Notes: a model not told the origin generated them from the letters alone. A stretch of DNA of 32,000 bases from Pasteurella multocida (GCF_900187275.1 NZ_LT906458.1:1350001-1382000); one strand, 5' to 3'; shown: positions 1 to 9,038, counted from the stretch's first letter. Numbers and translations are program-made.

Positions 1-615
1 TGTATGGCTACCGTAACCGTTCATATGACGTAAGTCAGTTGGAATACCACGATCACTGAAAAGAATCATGATTTGGTGTAATGATTCAGGGTGACGTGAC
101 CAGAAATCCCATGCCGCGTTCGCATCACGCAAGTTAGTTTGTGGATTACGTTTTTGCGTATGAATGAAATCTGGGAATTTCAATGGATCACGGATAAAGA
201 AGACTGGTGTGTTGTTACCCACTAAGTCCCAGTTACCTTGTTCAGTGTAGAATTTTAATGCGAAACCACGCACATCACGCTCAGCGTCTGCCGCACCGCG
301 CTCACCCGCTACTGTTGAGAAACGTAATAAGACTTGTGTTTGTTTACCGATACCATTGAATAAATCCGCTTTAGTGTATTTGCTGATATCGTGTGTCACA
401 GTGAATGTACCGTACGCTGCTGAACCTTTTGCATGAACAACACGCTCAGGAATACGCTCACGTGCAAAGTGTGCTAATTTCTCTTGGAACCAAACATCTT
501 GTAAAAGTAATGGACCTTTAGGACCCGCAGACATGGTGTTGTCGTTTTCAACAATAGGTGCACCAGCTGCATTCGTTAAGGTTTTTGAACCATGGTCAAA
601 TGGGCATTTAGACAT
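1..615 (-). CDS. hktE: Monofunctional heme catalase, first 205 codons (gene runs off the left edge of the window)
   Basis: My own reverse-strand translation from the ATG at 615-613 gives [71 protein letters not shown]...[60 protein letters not shown]. These are classic small-subunit catalase motifs. The frame stays open to position 1. A GAGAGGAA RBS lies 7 nt upstream of the ATG. Confidence 0.9.
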   Translation of the reverse strand, partial: MSKCPFDHGSKTLTNAAGAPIVENDNTMSAGPKGPLLLQDVWFQEKLAHFARERIPERVVHAKGSAAYGTFTVTHDISKYTKADLFNGIGKQTQVLLRFSTVAGERGAADAERDVRGFALKFYTEQGNWDLVGNNTPVFFIRDPLKFPDFIHTQKRNPQTNLRDANAAWDFWSRHPESLHQIMILFSDRGIPTDLRHMNGYGSHT

Positions 616-717
616 AATAAAATTCCTCTCAAATAATAGAAATCGAAGATTCTGAATTTATGAACGGGATACTCCATTAGCGAGTAAATATCACTAGCTG
701 AGTACCTTGTGGGCTCC

Positions 718-761
718 ATTATATTTAGAAAAAAAACACTCGCAATCTATTATTTTGATAG
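718..761 (-). promoter_or_regulatory. Candidate catalase promoter with an OxyR-like core
   Basis: On the minus strand there is TTGCGA (745-740), a 16-nt spacer and TATAAT (723-718). Immediately upstream is CTAT-N7-ATAG (747-761), which matches the central core of the OxyR ATAGnT...AnCTAT-N7-ATAGnT motif. The flanking half-sites match only partially. Confidence 0.35.
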
Positions 762-1548
762 AGAAAAGTAATTAAAAAGGAAATAACAAACAACGTAATA
801 AATAAAACCTATTATGTGTAAACAAGTAAAACAGCACTGTCCTATCAAAGCTCAGACAGTTATTCACATAGCGTTCATTTTCGCGCAATAGCGACGGTTT
901 TACCTATCACTCCTTTTCATACGGATTGCGTGGTGGTTAGTAGGAAATGTACTCCGTTATCCTATTAGCTGTCATTGTTTATACAAAATAAAGTAAACAA
1001 TGTGCTTGCTATAATATAAATAATCAAGAATACATTTAACCTATTTGGAAATAAAAATGGGCAAGCTATATAACAGAGAATATAGATTACAAAAATAAAT
1101 ACTTATTTTGCAGAACCAAGTGAAAACAAATATCATTATTTATGATAATGTTATTTTAAAGAAAGAAAATATTGCAATGAATGCACTATAACATTAAATA
1201 TCAAGGAAAGGAAAAGAAATAAAAATAGACATCACTGAAAAAGCAGATTTCTCTCTTTTTCTAAACAAATTTTCTCCGCAGCTATCACATTTCATCACAT
1301 CAGGTGTTATTTCGTTGTACTATCAGTATTACTCCTAACAATATCACTGCATAACAGGTTTCGCTATTTTTTATATGAGTGAATTCAGCTTGGAAAATAA
1401 TATTTCAACACATTGGATAAGCTGAAAAATAGCAAGATTAACTTATAAGGATACCTATTTCGATAGGTTTTACCTAACACAAAAAAATGCCAACGTGAAA
1501 TATTTTCTTGCGTAAAAGGCGCTTTACTCAGCTTATGAAGAAGTAAAA

Positions 1549-2769
1549 TCAGTTGTCGTCAACTAATGCCATAGCACAAGCATAAGCCGAACTCCATGCC
1601 CATTGAAAATTATAACCGCCTAACCAGCCAGTGACATCGAGCACTTCACCAATAAAATACAAGCCTTTTACGCTTTGTGCTTCCATGGTTTTCGACGAAA
1701 CAGCACGGGTATCCACCCCCCCCATAGTGACTTCCGCAGTACGATAACCTTCCGTCCCATTCGGTAAAAATTGCCAATGATGGATCAAATCGCTTAATTG
1801 CTGTAAACGGACTTTGCTGAGTTGTGCAATCGGCTCGTCTTGAATGAGTTGTTGTTCGCTCCAAACTTCGACTAATTTTTTAGGCAAGACTCTTGCTAAT
1901 GCATTTTTAAGCTGTAATTTAGGTGAAGTGGTACGTAATTGCTGCAAAAATTCCGCAATATCTTGAGGCAATAAATTAATCTCCACGGATTCGTTCGGTT
2001 GCCAATAGTTAGAAATTTGCAAAATAGCAGGACCAGAAATACCACGGTGAGTAAACAACATTTGATTGCTAAAGGATTTGCCACAGTTTGCCGTAACAAC
2101 TATCGGTAACGCCACGCCAGAGAGGGTGGTATACACTTTATCTGCTTCACGCCAAGTAAAAGGCACTAAGCTGGCTCTTGGTGGCAAAACCTTAATCCCA
2201 AATTGCTCTGCCACTTGATAGCCAAAAGGTGTTGCCCCTAAGCCCGGCATAGACAGCCCTCCTGTCGCAATCACTAAAGCATCGCAATACCAAGTTGTTC
2301 CATTAGCAAGTAATGCAAAACGCCCTTTTCTTCCTTGTTCAGCATCTGCTTGGTTCAGTTGGCGGATGTCGCTCACTTGTTGGCGTAACTGAATATTTAC
2401 CTGATAGTTGGCACATTCTGTCGCCAGCATATCCACGATTTTTTCGGCGCCTTCATCGGTGAAGAGTTGACCTAATTCTTTTTCATGATAGGCAATACCA
2501 TAGCTTGCCACCATGGCAATAAAATCCCACTGGGTATATCGGGCTAAAGCCGATTTAACAAAATGAGGATTCTGCGAAAGATAATGTTGTGGCGTCACTT
2601 CTAAATTCGTGAAATTACAAAATCCACCACCTGACATCAAAATTTTTCGTCCAATCTTTTTGCCATTATCGAGTAAGGTGACTTGTTTGCCTAACTTGGC
2701 GGCTTGGCTTGCACAAAATAATCCCGCTGCACCCGCACCGAGAATAATTACATCAGAATAGTTGTTCAT
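1549..2769 (-). CDS. YhiN/HI0933-family FAD-dependent flavoprotein (BaiN-like)
   Basis: 406-aa ORF. It has an N-terminal GAGAAG dinucleotide-binding motif. KILMSGGGFCNFTN, THRGISGP and a C-terminal GEVLDVTGWLGGYNFQWAWSS block align along the full length with E. coli YhiN as I recall it. Confidence 0.9.
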   Translation of the reverse strand: MNNYSDVIILGAGAAGLFCASQAAKLGKQVTLLDNGKKIGRKILMSGGGFCNFTNLEVTPQHYLSQNPHFVKSALARYTQWDFIAMVASYGIAYHEKELGQLFTDEGAEKIVDMLATECANYQVNIQLRQQVSDIRQLNQADAEQGRKGRFALLANGTTWYCDALVIATGGLSMPGLGATPFGYQVAEQFGIKVLPPRASLVPFTWREADKVYTTLSGVALPIVVTANCGKSFSNQMLFTHRGISGPAILQISNYWQPNESVEINLLPQDIAEFLQQLRTTSPKLQLKNALARVLPKKLVEVWSEQQLIQDEPIAQLSKVRLQQLSDLIHHWQFLPNGTEGYRTAEVTMGGVDTRAVSSKTMEAQSVKGLYFIGEVLDVTGWLGGYNFQWAWSSAYACAMALVDDN

Positions 2770-2802
2770 AAGCTTGTTTGATCACCGTATTGCGGTTAAA
2801 TA

Positions 2803-2833
2803 AAATCAGGCATGGTTCCCCCCCACCTGATTT
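2803..2833 (-). terminator. Stem-loop downstream of nrfG, a likely terminator of the nrf maturation genes
   Basis: AAATCAGG (2803-2810) pairs with CCTGATTT (2826-2833). The 15-nt loop contains a C7 run. On the minus strand the stem is followed by a T-rich tail (TATTTAA). It lies 9 nt past the nrfG stop. Confidence 0.5.
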
Positions 2834-2841
2834 CAAGTTAT

Positions 2842-3678
2842 TTAATTGGATTGCTGTCTAAATTGCGCCATTTGTATTCGCTGAATCAGTAGGCGACGTT
2901 CGACATTCGGTCGGTCGGAGTCTAACATTTTTTGCCAGGTTTGTGCGGCTTTCTGATAATTTCCTTGTACAAAAGCATCTGTAGCAATCAAAGACAAGCT
3001 CGCTGTTTCAAAAGGATCAGCCGTTAAGGCTTGCGTTAATAGTGCATCCACTTTAGCTGTCATTTTTTGTCCAGCTTGATAATAATACGCCGTTGCTATC
3101 GCACCAAGAATAGCCGGTTTGTCACCTAATAATTGTTGGGCATTGCCATAGGCAATTAAGGCGTGCTCTACTTCGGCATTGTCCAGATAAGCTTGCCCAA
3201 GCAATAACCAATTTTCTGCATGATTAGGATCTTGACGTAATTTTTGCTGAAGTTGCGTGATTTTATCCTCGTGTTGCTGTGAGACAGCTTGTTCCATTAA
3301 CTGCATTTGTTGCGCTAAAAAGGCTTGCTCACCGACTTCGACGGCAGCATAACGTGGCAAAGAAAAATAATACAGCGTTGGAACAGTCAACAATAAGACA
3401 ATTAAAAACAGATGAAATTTAAACGAAAAGCGCTCACTTTTTTCACCTGACTGTTGCTCAAAGTGCGGTCTATTTTGGAAAAATTTTTCATCTTCTAGTA
3501 AGCGTTGCCCTAACTCTTTCGCCAATTCGGGATCAGATTGTCTTGCTACTTGTGCACGATAAAGTGCCACATTTTGTTGTTGGCGATAGTGTGTCTGCCA
3601 TGCTTGCCATTTTGCCAAAGGTAACATCAGGAACACCACAATCAATAACCCAAATAGTGCTAATCCCCATCCCATCAT
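2842..3678 (-). CDS. nrfG: NrfG / CcmI-like TPR protein of the nrf-specific heme lyase
   Basis: 278 aa with two N-terminal hydrophobic segments and a C-terminal TPR-like region (NAEVEHALIAYGNAQQL...). Its start overlaps the nrfF stop (ATGA). It occupies the last position of an nrfE-dsbE-nrfF-nrfG block. Confidence 0.75.
   Translation of the reverse strand: MMGWGLALFGLLIVVFLMLPLAKWQAWQTHYRQQQNVALYRAQVARQSDPELAKELGQRLLEDEKFFQNRPHFEQQSGEKSERFSFKFHLFLIVLLLTVPTLYYFSLPRYAAVEVGEQAFLAQQMQLMEQAVSQQHEDKITQLQQKLRQDPNHAENWLLLGQAYLDNAEVEHALIAYGNAQQLLGDKPAILGAIATAYYYQAGQKMTAKVDALLTQALTADPFETASLSLIATDAFVQGNYQKAAQTWQKMLDSDRPNVERRLLIQRIQMAQFRQQSN
3461..3469 (+). repeat. Hin-type uptake signal sequence core
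   Basis: Exact AAGTGCGGT, followed by an AT-rich flank. Lies inside nrfG. Confidence 0.8.
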
Positions 3679-4160
3679 TTTTTGTTTCCTGTGTGCTCCG
3701 TTTGTTTAAGTAATTGCGTTAATTTCGCTTGTTGTGCCGGATCTAACGCGGTAGTGTGCTGCGGTTTTTCACGCTTTTTAGCATAGCGCCACATGAGACC
3801 AAACGCTAACACAGTTAAAAAGATTGGCGAAAGCCACAACAACAGGGTTGTCCACTGAAACGGGGGCTTATATAACACAAAATTACCAAAACGTGCCGTC
3901 ATCGCGTCGATAATTTGTTGATTGTTTTTTCCTTCGTTCACCATGTTGTACACCTCAATGCGCAAATCATAGGCAATTGGCGAATTGGATTCGACCAAGT
4001 TTTGATTTTGGCATTGTGGACAACGCAGCGCCTTTGCTAACGCCACTGCACGAACCCGTTCTTCAGGGCTGTTAAATGAGTAAGTATCCACCATATCCGC
4101 CCGCGCAAAGACACTGATCACAAAGACAAAACTCAGTAAAAACTTACCGCACTTTGGCAT
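3675..4160 (-). CDS. nrfF: NrfF / CcmH-like cytochrome c biogenesis protein
   Basis: 161 aa with a signal peptide, the LRCPQCQNQ motif typical of the CcmH/NrfF family, and a C-terminal TM segment. A GGAGG RBS lies 6 nt upstream. It overlaps the upstream gene by 17 nt. Confidence 0.85.
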   Translation of the reverse strand: MPKCGKFLLSFVFVISVFARADMVDTYSFNSPEERVRAVALAKALRCPQCQNQNLVESNSPIAYDLRIEVYNMVNEGKNNQQIIDAMTARFGNFVLYKPPFQWTTLLLWLSPIFLTVLAFGLMWRYAKKREKPQHTTALDPAQQAKLTQLLKQTEHTGNKK

Positions 4161-4710
4161 TTTCAGCCTCCAATTTTTGCCATTCTGGGATAAACATTTC
4201 TTGCCACACCTCTGGCGTTAATGGACCTGAGTAACGATAACGAATCACACCGTATTGATCGATCAAATAGGTCTCAGGGGCGCCATCTACCCCTAAATTC
4301 AGTGCTAATTCCCCGCGACTGTCATTGATGACAAGCTGAAAAGGATTACCTAGTTGATTCAACATTGCCAACGCATTTTGGGGGTTATCACGGTAATTTA
4401 AGCCCACAATCGGCATCGATTTGGCTAATTGCATTAAAAAAGGATGCTCTTTTTTACAATATGCACACCAACTGCCCCACACATTGAGTAAAAAGGTCTG
4501 TTGAGGTAAATCCTGCTGAGTCACACGTCTTTCTGTGCGCAAAAGATCGGCTTGCGAAAACGTCGGTACAGGCTTACCAATTAAGGCAGAAGCGATTTTC
4601 TGCGGATCCTGCTGTAATCCGATGAATAATAAAGCGCATACGGCTAACAGGATCACAAGCGGTAAAAATACAAAGTGATTTTTTCTTTTTTGCTGATGTA
4701 GCATACTCAT
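4144..4710 (-). CDS. dsbE: DsbE/CcmG-like periplasmic thiol:disulfide oxidoreductase, the nrf-cluster paralogue
   Basis: 188 aa with an N-terminal membrane anchor, a WGSWCAYC thioredoxin CXXC motif and a GAPETYLID motif. It is a paralogue of the ccmG at 19293-19838. Confidence 0.85.
   Translation of the reverse strand: MSMLHQQKRKNHFVFLPLVILLAVCALLFIGLQQDPQKIASALIGKPVPTFSQADLLRTERRVTQQDLPQQTFLLNVWGSWCAYCKKEHPFLMQLAKSMPIVGLNYRDNPQNALAMLNQLGNPFQLVINDSRGELALNLGVDGAPETYLIDQYGVIRYRYSGPLTPEVWQEMFIPEWQKLEAENAKVR
4146..4154 (-). repeat. Hin-type uptake signal sequence core
   Basis: Exact ACCGCACTT (reverse complement of AAGTGCGGT), in the dsbE/nrfF overlap. Confidence 0.8.
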
Positions 4711-4726
4711 ACTCTCACCTGTTCAT

Positions 4727-6652
4727 TCAATCTGACTGACGACGTGGTTTTAGTTTATTGCTATTGCGCAAGGAAAATATGGCAAGCAAGGCACCGAGTG
4801 CCATTAAAAGCCCGCCAAACCATAACCAACGGATAAAAGGTTTATATTGCAAGCGGAAAGTAAATTCGCCTTGTCCCAATTTATCGCCCATTACAATATA
4901 GACATCACCAAGCCACCCCCAATCAATCCCAACTTCGCTCATGTTCATAGTACGCACATCATAATAACGGCGTTCTGGGTAAATCTCAGTATAAGCTTGG
5001 TTTTGCTTTGTCACCACAAAATGGGCTTTTTCACTGGTGTAATTCGGACCTAACACATGCTGAAAACCCTGATAGTGAAACTCGTAATCACCGAGTTTTT
5101 GGCGTTGTTGCGGTGCCAAGCGCACGCCAATCTCACTGCTGTAATAGCTACTCATGATCGCCCCAATTGCCGTTATCGCTACACCTAAATGCGCGATCAC
5201 CATGGCGAGCTGTTTCAGTTTCAGCTGCGTCCATGGGAGCCATAACGTCGCCAGAATTAACCAAATCGACAAGCTTAACAAGCCATAAGCGCTGAAATTG
5301 AAAGGCAACCCTTGGTTATGATCTACATAATAACGGATTAATCCATAAGCCAATATAAGCGCGGGAAATAACAATAACGTACGTTGAATAAACGGTTTTT
5401 TATTCAGTGTTTTCCAACGTAAAGACAACACCAAAATCATAGCAAGCATTGCCATCACAAACAGTGGCAGAAAAATTGTATTAAAATACGGCGCGCCGAC
5501 TGAAATAGATCCCCATTGTAATGCGGTAAAGACAATCGGATAAAAAGTGCCTAAAAAGACACTGACCGTGGCAATCGTCAATAAAATATTGAGAAGCAAC
5601 AGAGCATTTTCCTTCGAAATTAAACGGAAACGTACCGCACTTTGTGGCAAGTTAACCTTTAATGCAAATAAAGTGAATGCACTCACAGTCAATAAAAAGA
5701 ATAAAATCAGTAAGGCAATTCCCCGATCGCCATCTACTGCAAACGCGTGCACAGAAGTTAAGACGCCCGAGCGCACGATGAAGGTACCCAGTAAACTGAA
5801 AGAAAATGCCAAAAGTGAAAATAGCAGCGTCCAGTAACTAAAAATGCCACGCTGTTCTGTGATAGATAGACTATGTAATAGTGCCAAACCTAATAACCAA
5901 GGCATCAATGAGGCGTTCTCGACCGGATCCCAAAACCACCAGCCGCCCCAGCCTAGTTCGTAATACGCCCACCAAGACCCTAACACAATCCCTAAAGTTA
6001 AAAATAACCAAGATAGCAAAACCCAAGGGCGCATCATGCGAGCCACGGCGGCATCTAAATGCCCACTCACTAAAGCAGAAATGGTAATAGCAAAATTGAC
6101 TGCAAAGCCCACATAGCCCAAATACAATAAAGGTGGGTGAAAAATCAGCCCCACATCTTGCAACATCGGATTTAAATCACGCCCTTCAAATGCTTGTGGA
6201 AAACTGCGTTCAAATGGATTTGATAAAAATAAAATAAAGAGACAAAAACCAAAACAAATGAGCCCAAGCACTGAAAGTGCTCGCGCACAAATAATCGGAT
6301 CTTTATGACGACTGGAAAACGCAAAGAGAATCAACCAGAGTGCTAAAGCAAACAACCAAAATAGCATCGACCCTTCATGTCCACCCCAAGTAGCAGACAC
6401 TTTAAAGAAAATTGGCAGTTGTGAATTAGAATGATGTGCCACATATTGCACAGAAAAATCATCGAGCGCAAAGGCATAGGCAAGGCAGAATAACGCTATA
6501 CAAGTAAATATCCCAAAGAGATAACTCAAATTCCACGCAGTACCAATCATATACGGCTTACGCAAAAAAATGCCGACTTGTGGCACTAGCGCAAGCAAGA
6601 ACGCACACAAAGAAGCGATCAGTAAAGCCAAAAAACCAAGTTCTGGGATCAT
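4727..6652 (-). CDS. nrfE: NrfE, CcmF-family heme lyase subunit
   Basis: Polytopic membrane protein with the [18 protein letters not shown] tryptophan-rich heme-handling motif. It is collinear with CcmF at 19835-21790. I place the start at the ATG at 6652 (MIPELGF..., parallel to the CcmF start MIAELGN). The ORF-track start at 6667 is a TTG. Confidence 0.9.
   Translation of the reverse strand: MIPELGFLALLIASLCAFLLALVPQVGIFLRKPYMIGTAWNLSYLFGIFTCIALFCLAYAFALDDFSVQYVAHHSNSQLPIFFKVSATWGGHEGSMLFWLFALALWLILFAFSSRHKDPIICARALSVLGLICFGFCLFILFLSNPFERSFPQAFEGRDLNPMLQDVGLIFHPPLLYLGYVGFAVNFAITISALVSGHLDAAVARMMRPWVLLSWLFLTLGIVLGSWWAYYELGWGGWWFWDPVENASLMPWLLGLALLHSLSITEQRGIFSYWTLLFSLLAFSFSLLGTFIVRSGVLTSVHAFAVDGDRGIALLILFFLLTVSAFTLFALKVNLPQSAVRFRLISKENALLLLNILLTIATVSVFLGTFYPIVFTALQWGSISVGAPYFNTIFLPLFVMAMLAMILVLSLRWKTLNKKPFIQRTLLLFPALILAYGLIRYYVDHNQGLPFNFSAYGLLSLSIWLILATLWLPWTQLKLKQLAMVIAHLGVAITAIGAIMSSYYSSEIGVRLAPQQRQKLGDYEFHYQGFQHVLGPNYTSEKAHFVVTKQNQAYTEIYPERRYYDVRTMNMSEVGIDWGWLGDVYIVMGDKLGQGEFTFRLQYKPFIRWLWFGGLLMALGALLAIFSLRNSNKLKPRRQSD
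5634..5642 (-). repeat. Hin-type uptake signal sequence core
   Basis: Exact ACCGCACTT inside nrfE. Confidence 0.8.
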
Positions 6653-6684
6653 AGTGAATATAAACAAATCTGAAAAGCTGTATC

Positions 6685-6709
6685 AAAAAGGCGAACTTAG
6701 GTTCGCCTT
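6685..6709 (-). terminator. Rho-independent terminator between nrfD and nrfE
   Basis: A perfect 9-bp stem, AAGGCGAAC (6688-6696) with GTTCGCCTT (6701-6709), closes a TTAG loop. On the minus strand the stem runs into UUUUUGAU. It lies 17 nt after the nrfD stop. Confidence 0.6.
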
Positions 6710-6726
6710 CTCATAAAATGAAGCAT

Positions 6727-7686
6727 TTATGCTAGCGTCATTTGTCCTGCATAGAGGATAAAGAAACGCAAACATAACACGCCAATTAAGCCTAAGCAAG
6801 CCACCAGTAGCATAAAGCCTTTGCGATGTTTTAACTGCGGAGTGGCTATGCCATTGAGGAGTAATGGCAAGACTAAACCAATACCAACTACCCCAATCCA
6901 GAAGACATTTGCCCAGAATCCACCTAAAAGTGCGGCCTCAAATGCCACCGTTTTTTGACCGCCCCCTAAATACAAGCCAATAAAGAAGGCAGCAAGTAAA
7001 AAGATTTCCATCAACACTACCGGCAATTCAAATTTATGTAAGAAGCCTAACGCAGGTGAATGAGGGTCTTCTTTAGTAAAGAGCAAGGTACAGAAAATTA
7101 ATGCCACAATACCTGACGATGTCCCTGAGGCCAAGAATAAAATTGGTAACACCGGGTTATTCAACATTGGGTAGCTAATCAAAGCCGATAATAAGAAGCC
7201 CGTATAGGCGCCCAATAACACAGAGAGAATTATCAAAATAATTTCAATTAACCCAGTGAATTTGGTAGCAAAGGCAATCAATTTATTCACAAATCGTAAC
7301 GGTTTGGCATATTGCTCAATTAAAGTTGCCACAAGCTGATGGAAAATAATCGCTAGCCAGACCAGTAAAAATGCCATATATACTTGGAATAGCATAACCC
7401 CCATCGACATAATAGAGGTGGTACTGTAATTAAACATCAAGTACCAAAAGGTCCATGGCTTAGTTAAATGGAAAATCAAAATCACCAAGCCAATAATCAG
7501 ACTTAATGGCGCCAAAAATGCCGTACAACGTATCACATGATTGTTTGACGGTTCTGCGCCAGCTAGCCCTGCGCGTTTTAACAAAACGGCTAACATGGTT
7601 GCACCGGCAGAGATCCCCAATAAGAACAAATAAACGGCGATGGTATGATCCCATACTAAAGACGGGAAATGAAATGGACTGTTCAT
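6727..7686 (-). CDS. nrfD: NrfD, integral membrane quinol-oxidising subunit (PsrC/NrfD family)
   Basis: 319 aa with about 8 hydrophobic helices. It overlaps the nrfC stop by 4 nt and sits in the nrfABCD order. Confidence 0.9.
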   Translation of the reverse strand: MNSPFHFPSLVWDHTIAVYLFLLGISAGATMLAVLLKRAGLAGAEPSNNHVIRCTAFLAPLSLIIGLVILIFHLTKPWTFWYLMFNYSTTSIMSMGVMLFQVYMAFLLVWLAIIFHQLVATLIEQYAKPLRFVNKLIAFATKFTGLIEIILIILSVLLGAYTGFLLSALISYPMLNNPVLPILFLASGTSSGIVALIFCTLLFTKEDPHSPALGFLHKFELPVVLMEIFLLAAFFIGLYLGGGQKTVAFEAALLGGFWANVFWIGVVGIGLVLPLLLNGIATPQLKHRKGFMLLVACLGLIGVLCLRFFILYAGQMTLA

Positions 7687-8363
7687 CGTCTTAGCTCCCC
7701 TCTTTTAGCTGGTACATGATACAGCTGTGGATCGGTGCCTAATTCCACCTTCGTCCGATACACTTGCTGCGATTTGACTTTTTGTGAAATGGCACTGTCA
7801 GGATCATTCAGATCCCCAAAGGTCAACGCATTGGTTGGGCAAGATTCCACACAAGCCGGTAATTTGCCGTTAGCTAAATTGGTATCGCGACAGAAGTTAC
7901 ATTTATCGGCTGATTTATACACGGGGTGAATAAATCGAACACGATATGGGCAGACAGCAATACAATATTGGCAACCGACACAAAGATCTTTGTGCACATC
8001 GACAATACCTGTTTCTTTGTCAACAAAAGACGCCCCTGTTGGACAAACATGCACACAAGGTGCATTGTGACAATGCTGACAAGAATGGCGGAAAAATTCA
8101 TATTCTGCGTTTGGAAACTCACCATAAGGCTCACTACGGATAATCTCCAAACGAGAAACCCCTTCTGGGACCTGGTTGGTTTCACGACACGCATCCATAC
8201 AAGCAGTACAACCGATACAAGCGGTTTCATCGTGTAACATCGCATAACGAATTGTTTTTTTCGCCTCGCTTGCGTTCTGTCCCACTGATTTTATTGATGT
8301 TCCCGTCATGAGGATTAACGCTCCCATGCCGGAAACAAAGTTTCGGCGTGAGCAAGCTGTCAT
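7683..8363 (-). CDS. nrfC: NrfC, 4x[4Fe-4S] ferredoxin-type subunit with a Tat signal
   Basis: 226 aa with an SRRNFV twin-arginine motif. Four Cys clusters are present: CIGCTACMDAC, CQHCHNAPCVHVCP, CVGCQYCIAVCP and CNFC...CVESCP. Confidence 0.9.
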   Translation of the reverse strand: MTACSRRNFVSGMGALILMTGTSIKSVGQNASEAKKTIRYAMLHDETACIGCTACMDACRETNQVPEGVSRLEIIRSEPYGEFPNAEYEFFRHSCQHCHNAPCVHVCPTGASFVDKETGIVDVHKDLCVGCQYCIAVCPYRVRFIHPVYKSADKCNFCRDTNLANGKLPACVESCPTNALTFGDLNDPDSAISQKVKSQQVYRTKVELGTDPQLYHVPAKRGELRR

Positions 8364-9007
8364 TGTTTATCCTTTTGTTGCGGAGCATAAATATGCGGTG
8401 GTTGTAAATTTGCCTTACGTTTTTGTTGTTCACCGTGACAATCCACGCAAAGTTTCACTTGGTCTTTCTTCGCAATACCTGACATTTTATCTTGTGCGGG
8501 ATGCAAAGTATGGCAACTTGCACAAGGTAACTTCATGGCATGTACATCATGCGCCCAAAGTGTTTCGCGTAATTTTTTCGGTTGGTGACACGCAAAGCAA
8601 ACCTGATTTTGTTCCTCTACGGTGAACATTGGTTTTTCATCGCTGAAAATATTGCCATGGAAACGCATCACATCTTTCACACCACGGCGGTGATCTTCAG
8701 AAATATTGCCATGACAGTTCACGCAGGTAATCGGTTTACCGGTATTCGGATTTTTTTCCGATAAATGAGTTCCGTGGAATTTTCCAAAATGGAACACCCC
8801 ACCAGATTGGCTATCATTAGCTTCTAATTTATGGCATTTCGCACAATATTGGTTCGGATCACGTTGATGTTCCAATTGTGGCTCATACATTAATTGACTG
8901 ACTTCGTTACTGTTGGCTTTCTCTGCCTGCGCGAAAGTCGCCACACTAAACGCAATCAATCCTGCCGTGATAGCGATTCCTTGTTTGATTAGGGAATGTA
9001 AGCGCAT
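8360..9007 (-). CDS. nrfB: NrfB, pentaheme cytochrome c
   Basis: Five CXXCH motifs are present (CAKCH, CVNCH, CFACH, CASCH, CVDCH). I place the start at the ATG at 9007 (MRLHSLIKQG..., signal peptide ending AQA). It is preceded by GAGGTAATAAAC, unlike the ORF-track start at 9055. Confidence 0.9.
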   Translation of the reverse strand: MRLHSLIKQGIAITAGLIAFSVATFAQAEKANSNEVSQLMYEPQLEHQRDPNQYCAKCHKLEANDSQSGGVFHFGKFHGTHLSEKNPNTGKPITCVNCHGNISEDHRRGVKDVMRFHGNIFSDEKPMFTVEEQNQVCFACHQPKKLRETLWAHDVHAMKLPCASCHTLHPAQDKMSGIAKKDQVKLCVDCHGEQQKRKANLQPPHIYAPQQKDKQ

Positions 9008-9038
9008 GTTTATTACCTCAAAATGTAGTGTTAAACGC

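Noticed and set aside
729-736. A8/T8 tracts in candidate promoter spacers (729-736 in the catalase promoter, 10612-10619 upstream of nrfA) as possible phase-variable spacers
   Set aside because: An 8-nt A/T run is common in AT-rich intergenic DNA, and both promoter assignments are themselves tentative. There is no evidence of length variation.
946-1098. Mini-ORFs in the long spacer (MYSVILLAVIVYTK at 946-990; MGKLYNREYRLQK at 1057-1098)
   Set aside because: They are 13-14 codons long with poor or mis-spaced SD sequences, which cannot be told apart from chance in AT-rich sequence.
5547-6087. Plus-strand ORFs (96 aa and 68 aa) antisense to nrfE. The same applies to 4847-5053, 7506-8625 antisense to nrfD/C/B, 9157-10644 antisense to nrfA, 20105-21909 antisense to ccmF/ccmE, 22923-23141, 23670-23930, 29280-29935 and 31557-31823
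   Set aside because: All are fully embedded antisense (or out of frame) within confidently identified genes. They are Lys/Arg/Thr/Pro-rich with no recognisable motifs, as expected for shadow ORFs.
7874-8245. 123-aa same-strand out-of-frame ORF inside nrfC
   Set aside because: It overlaps the well-supported NrfC frame entirely and has no start context. It is Cys/Val-rich because it is a frame shift of Cys-cluster codons.
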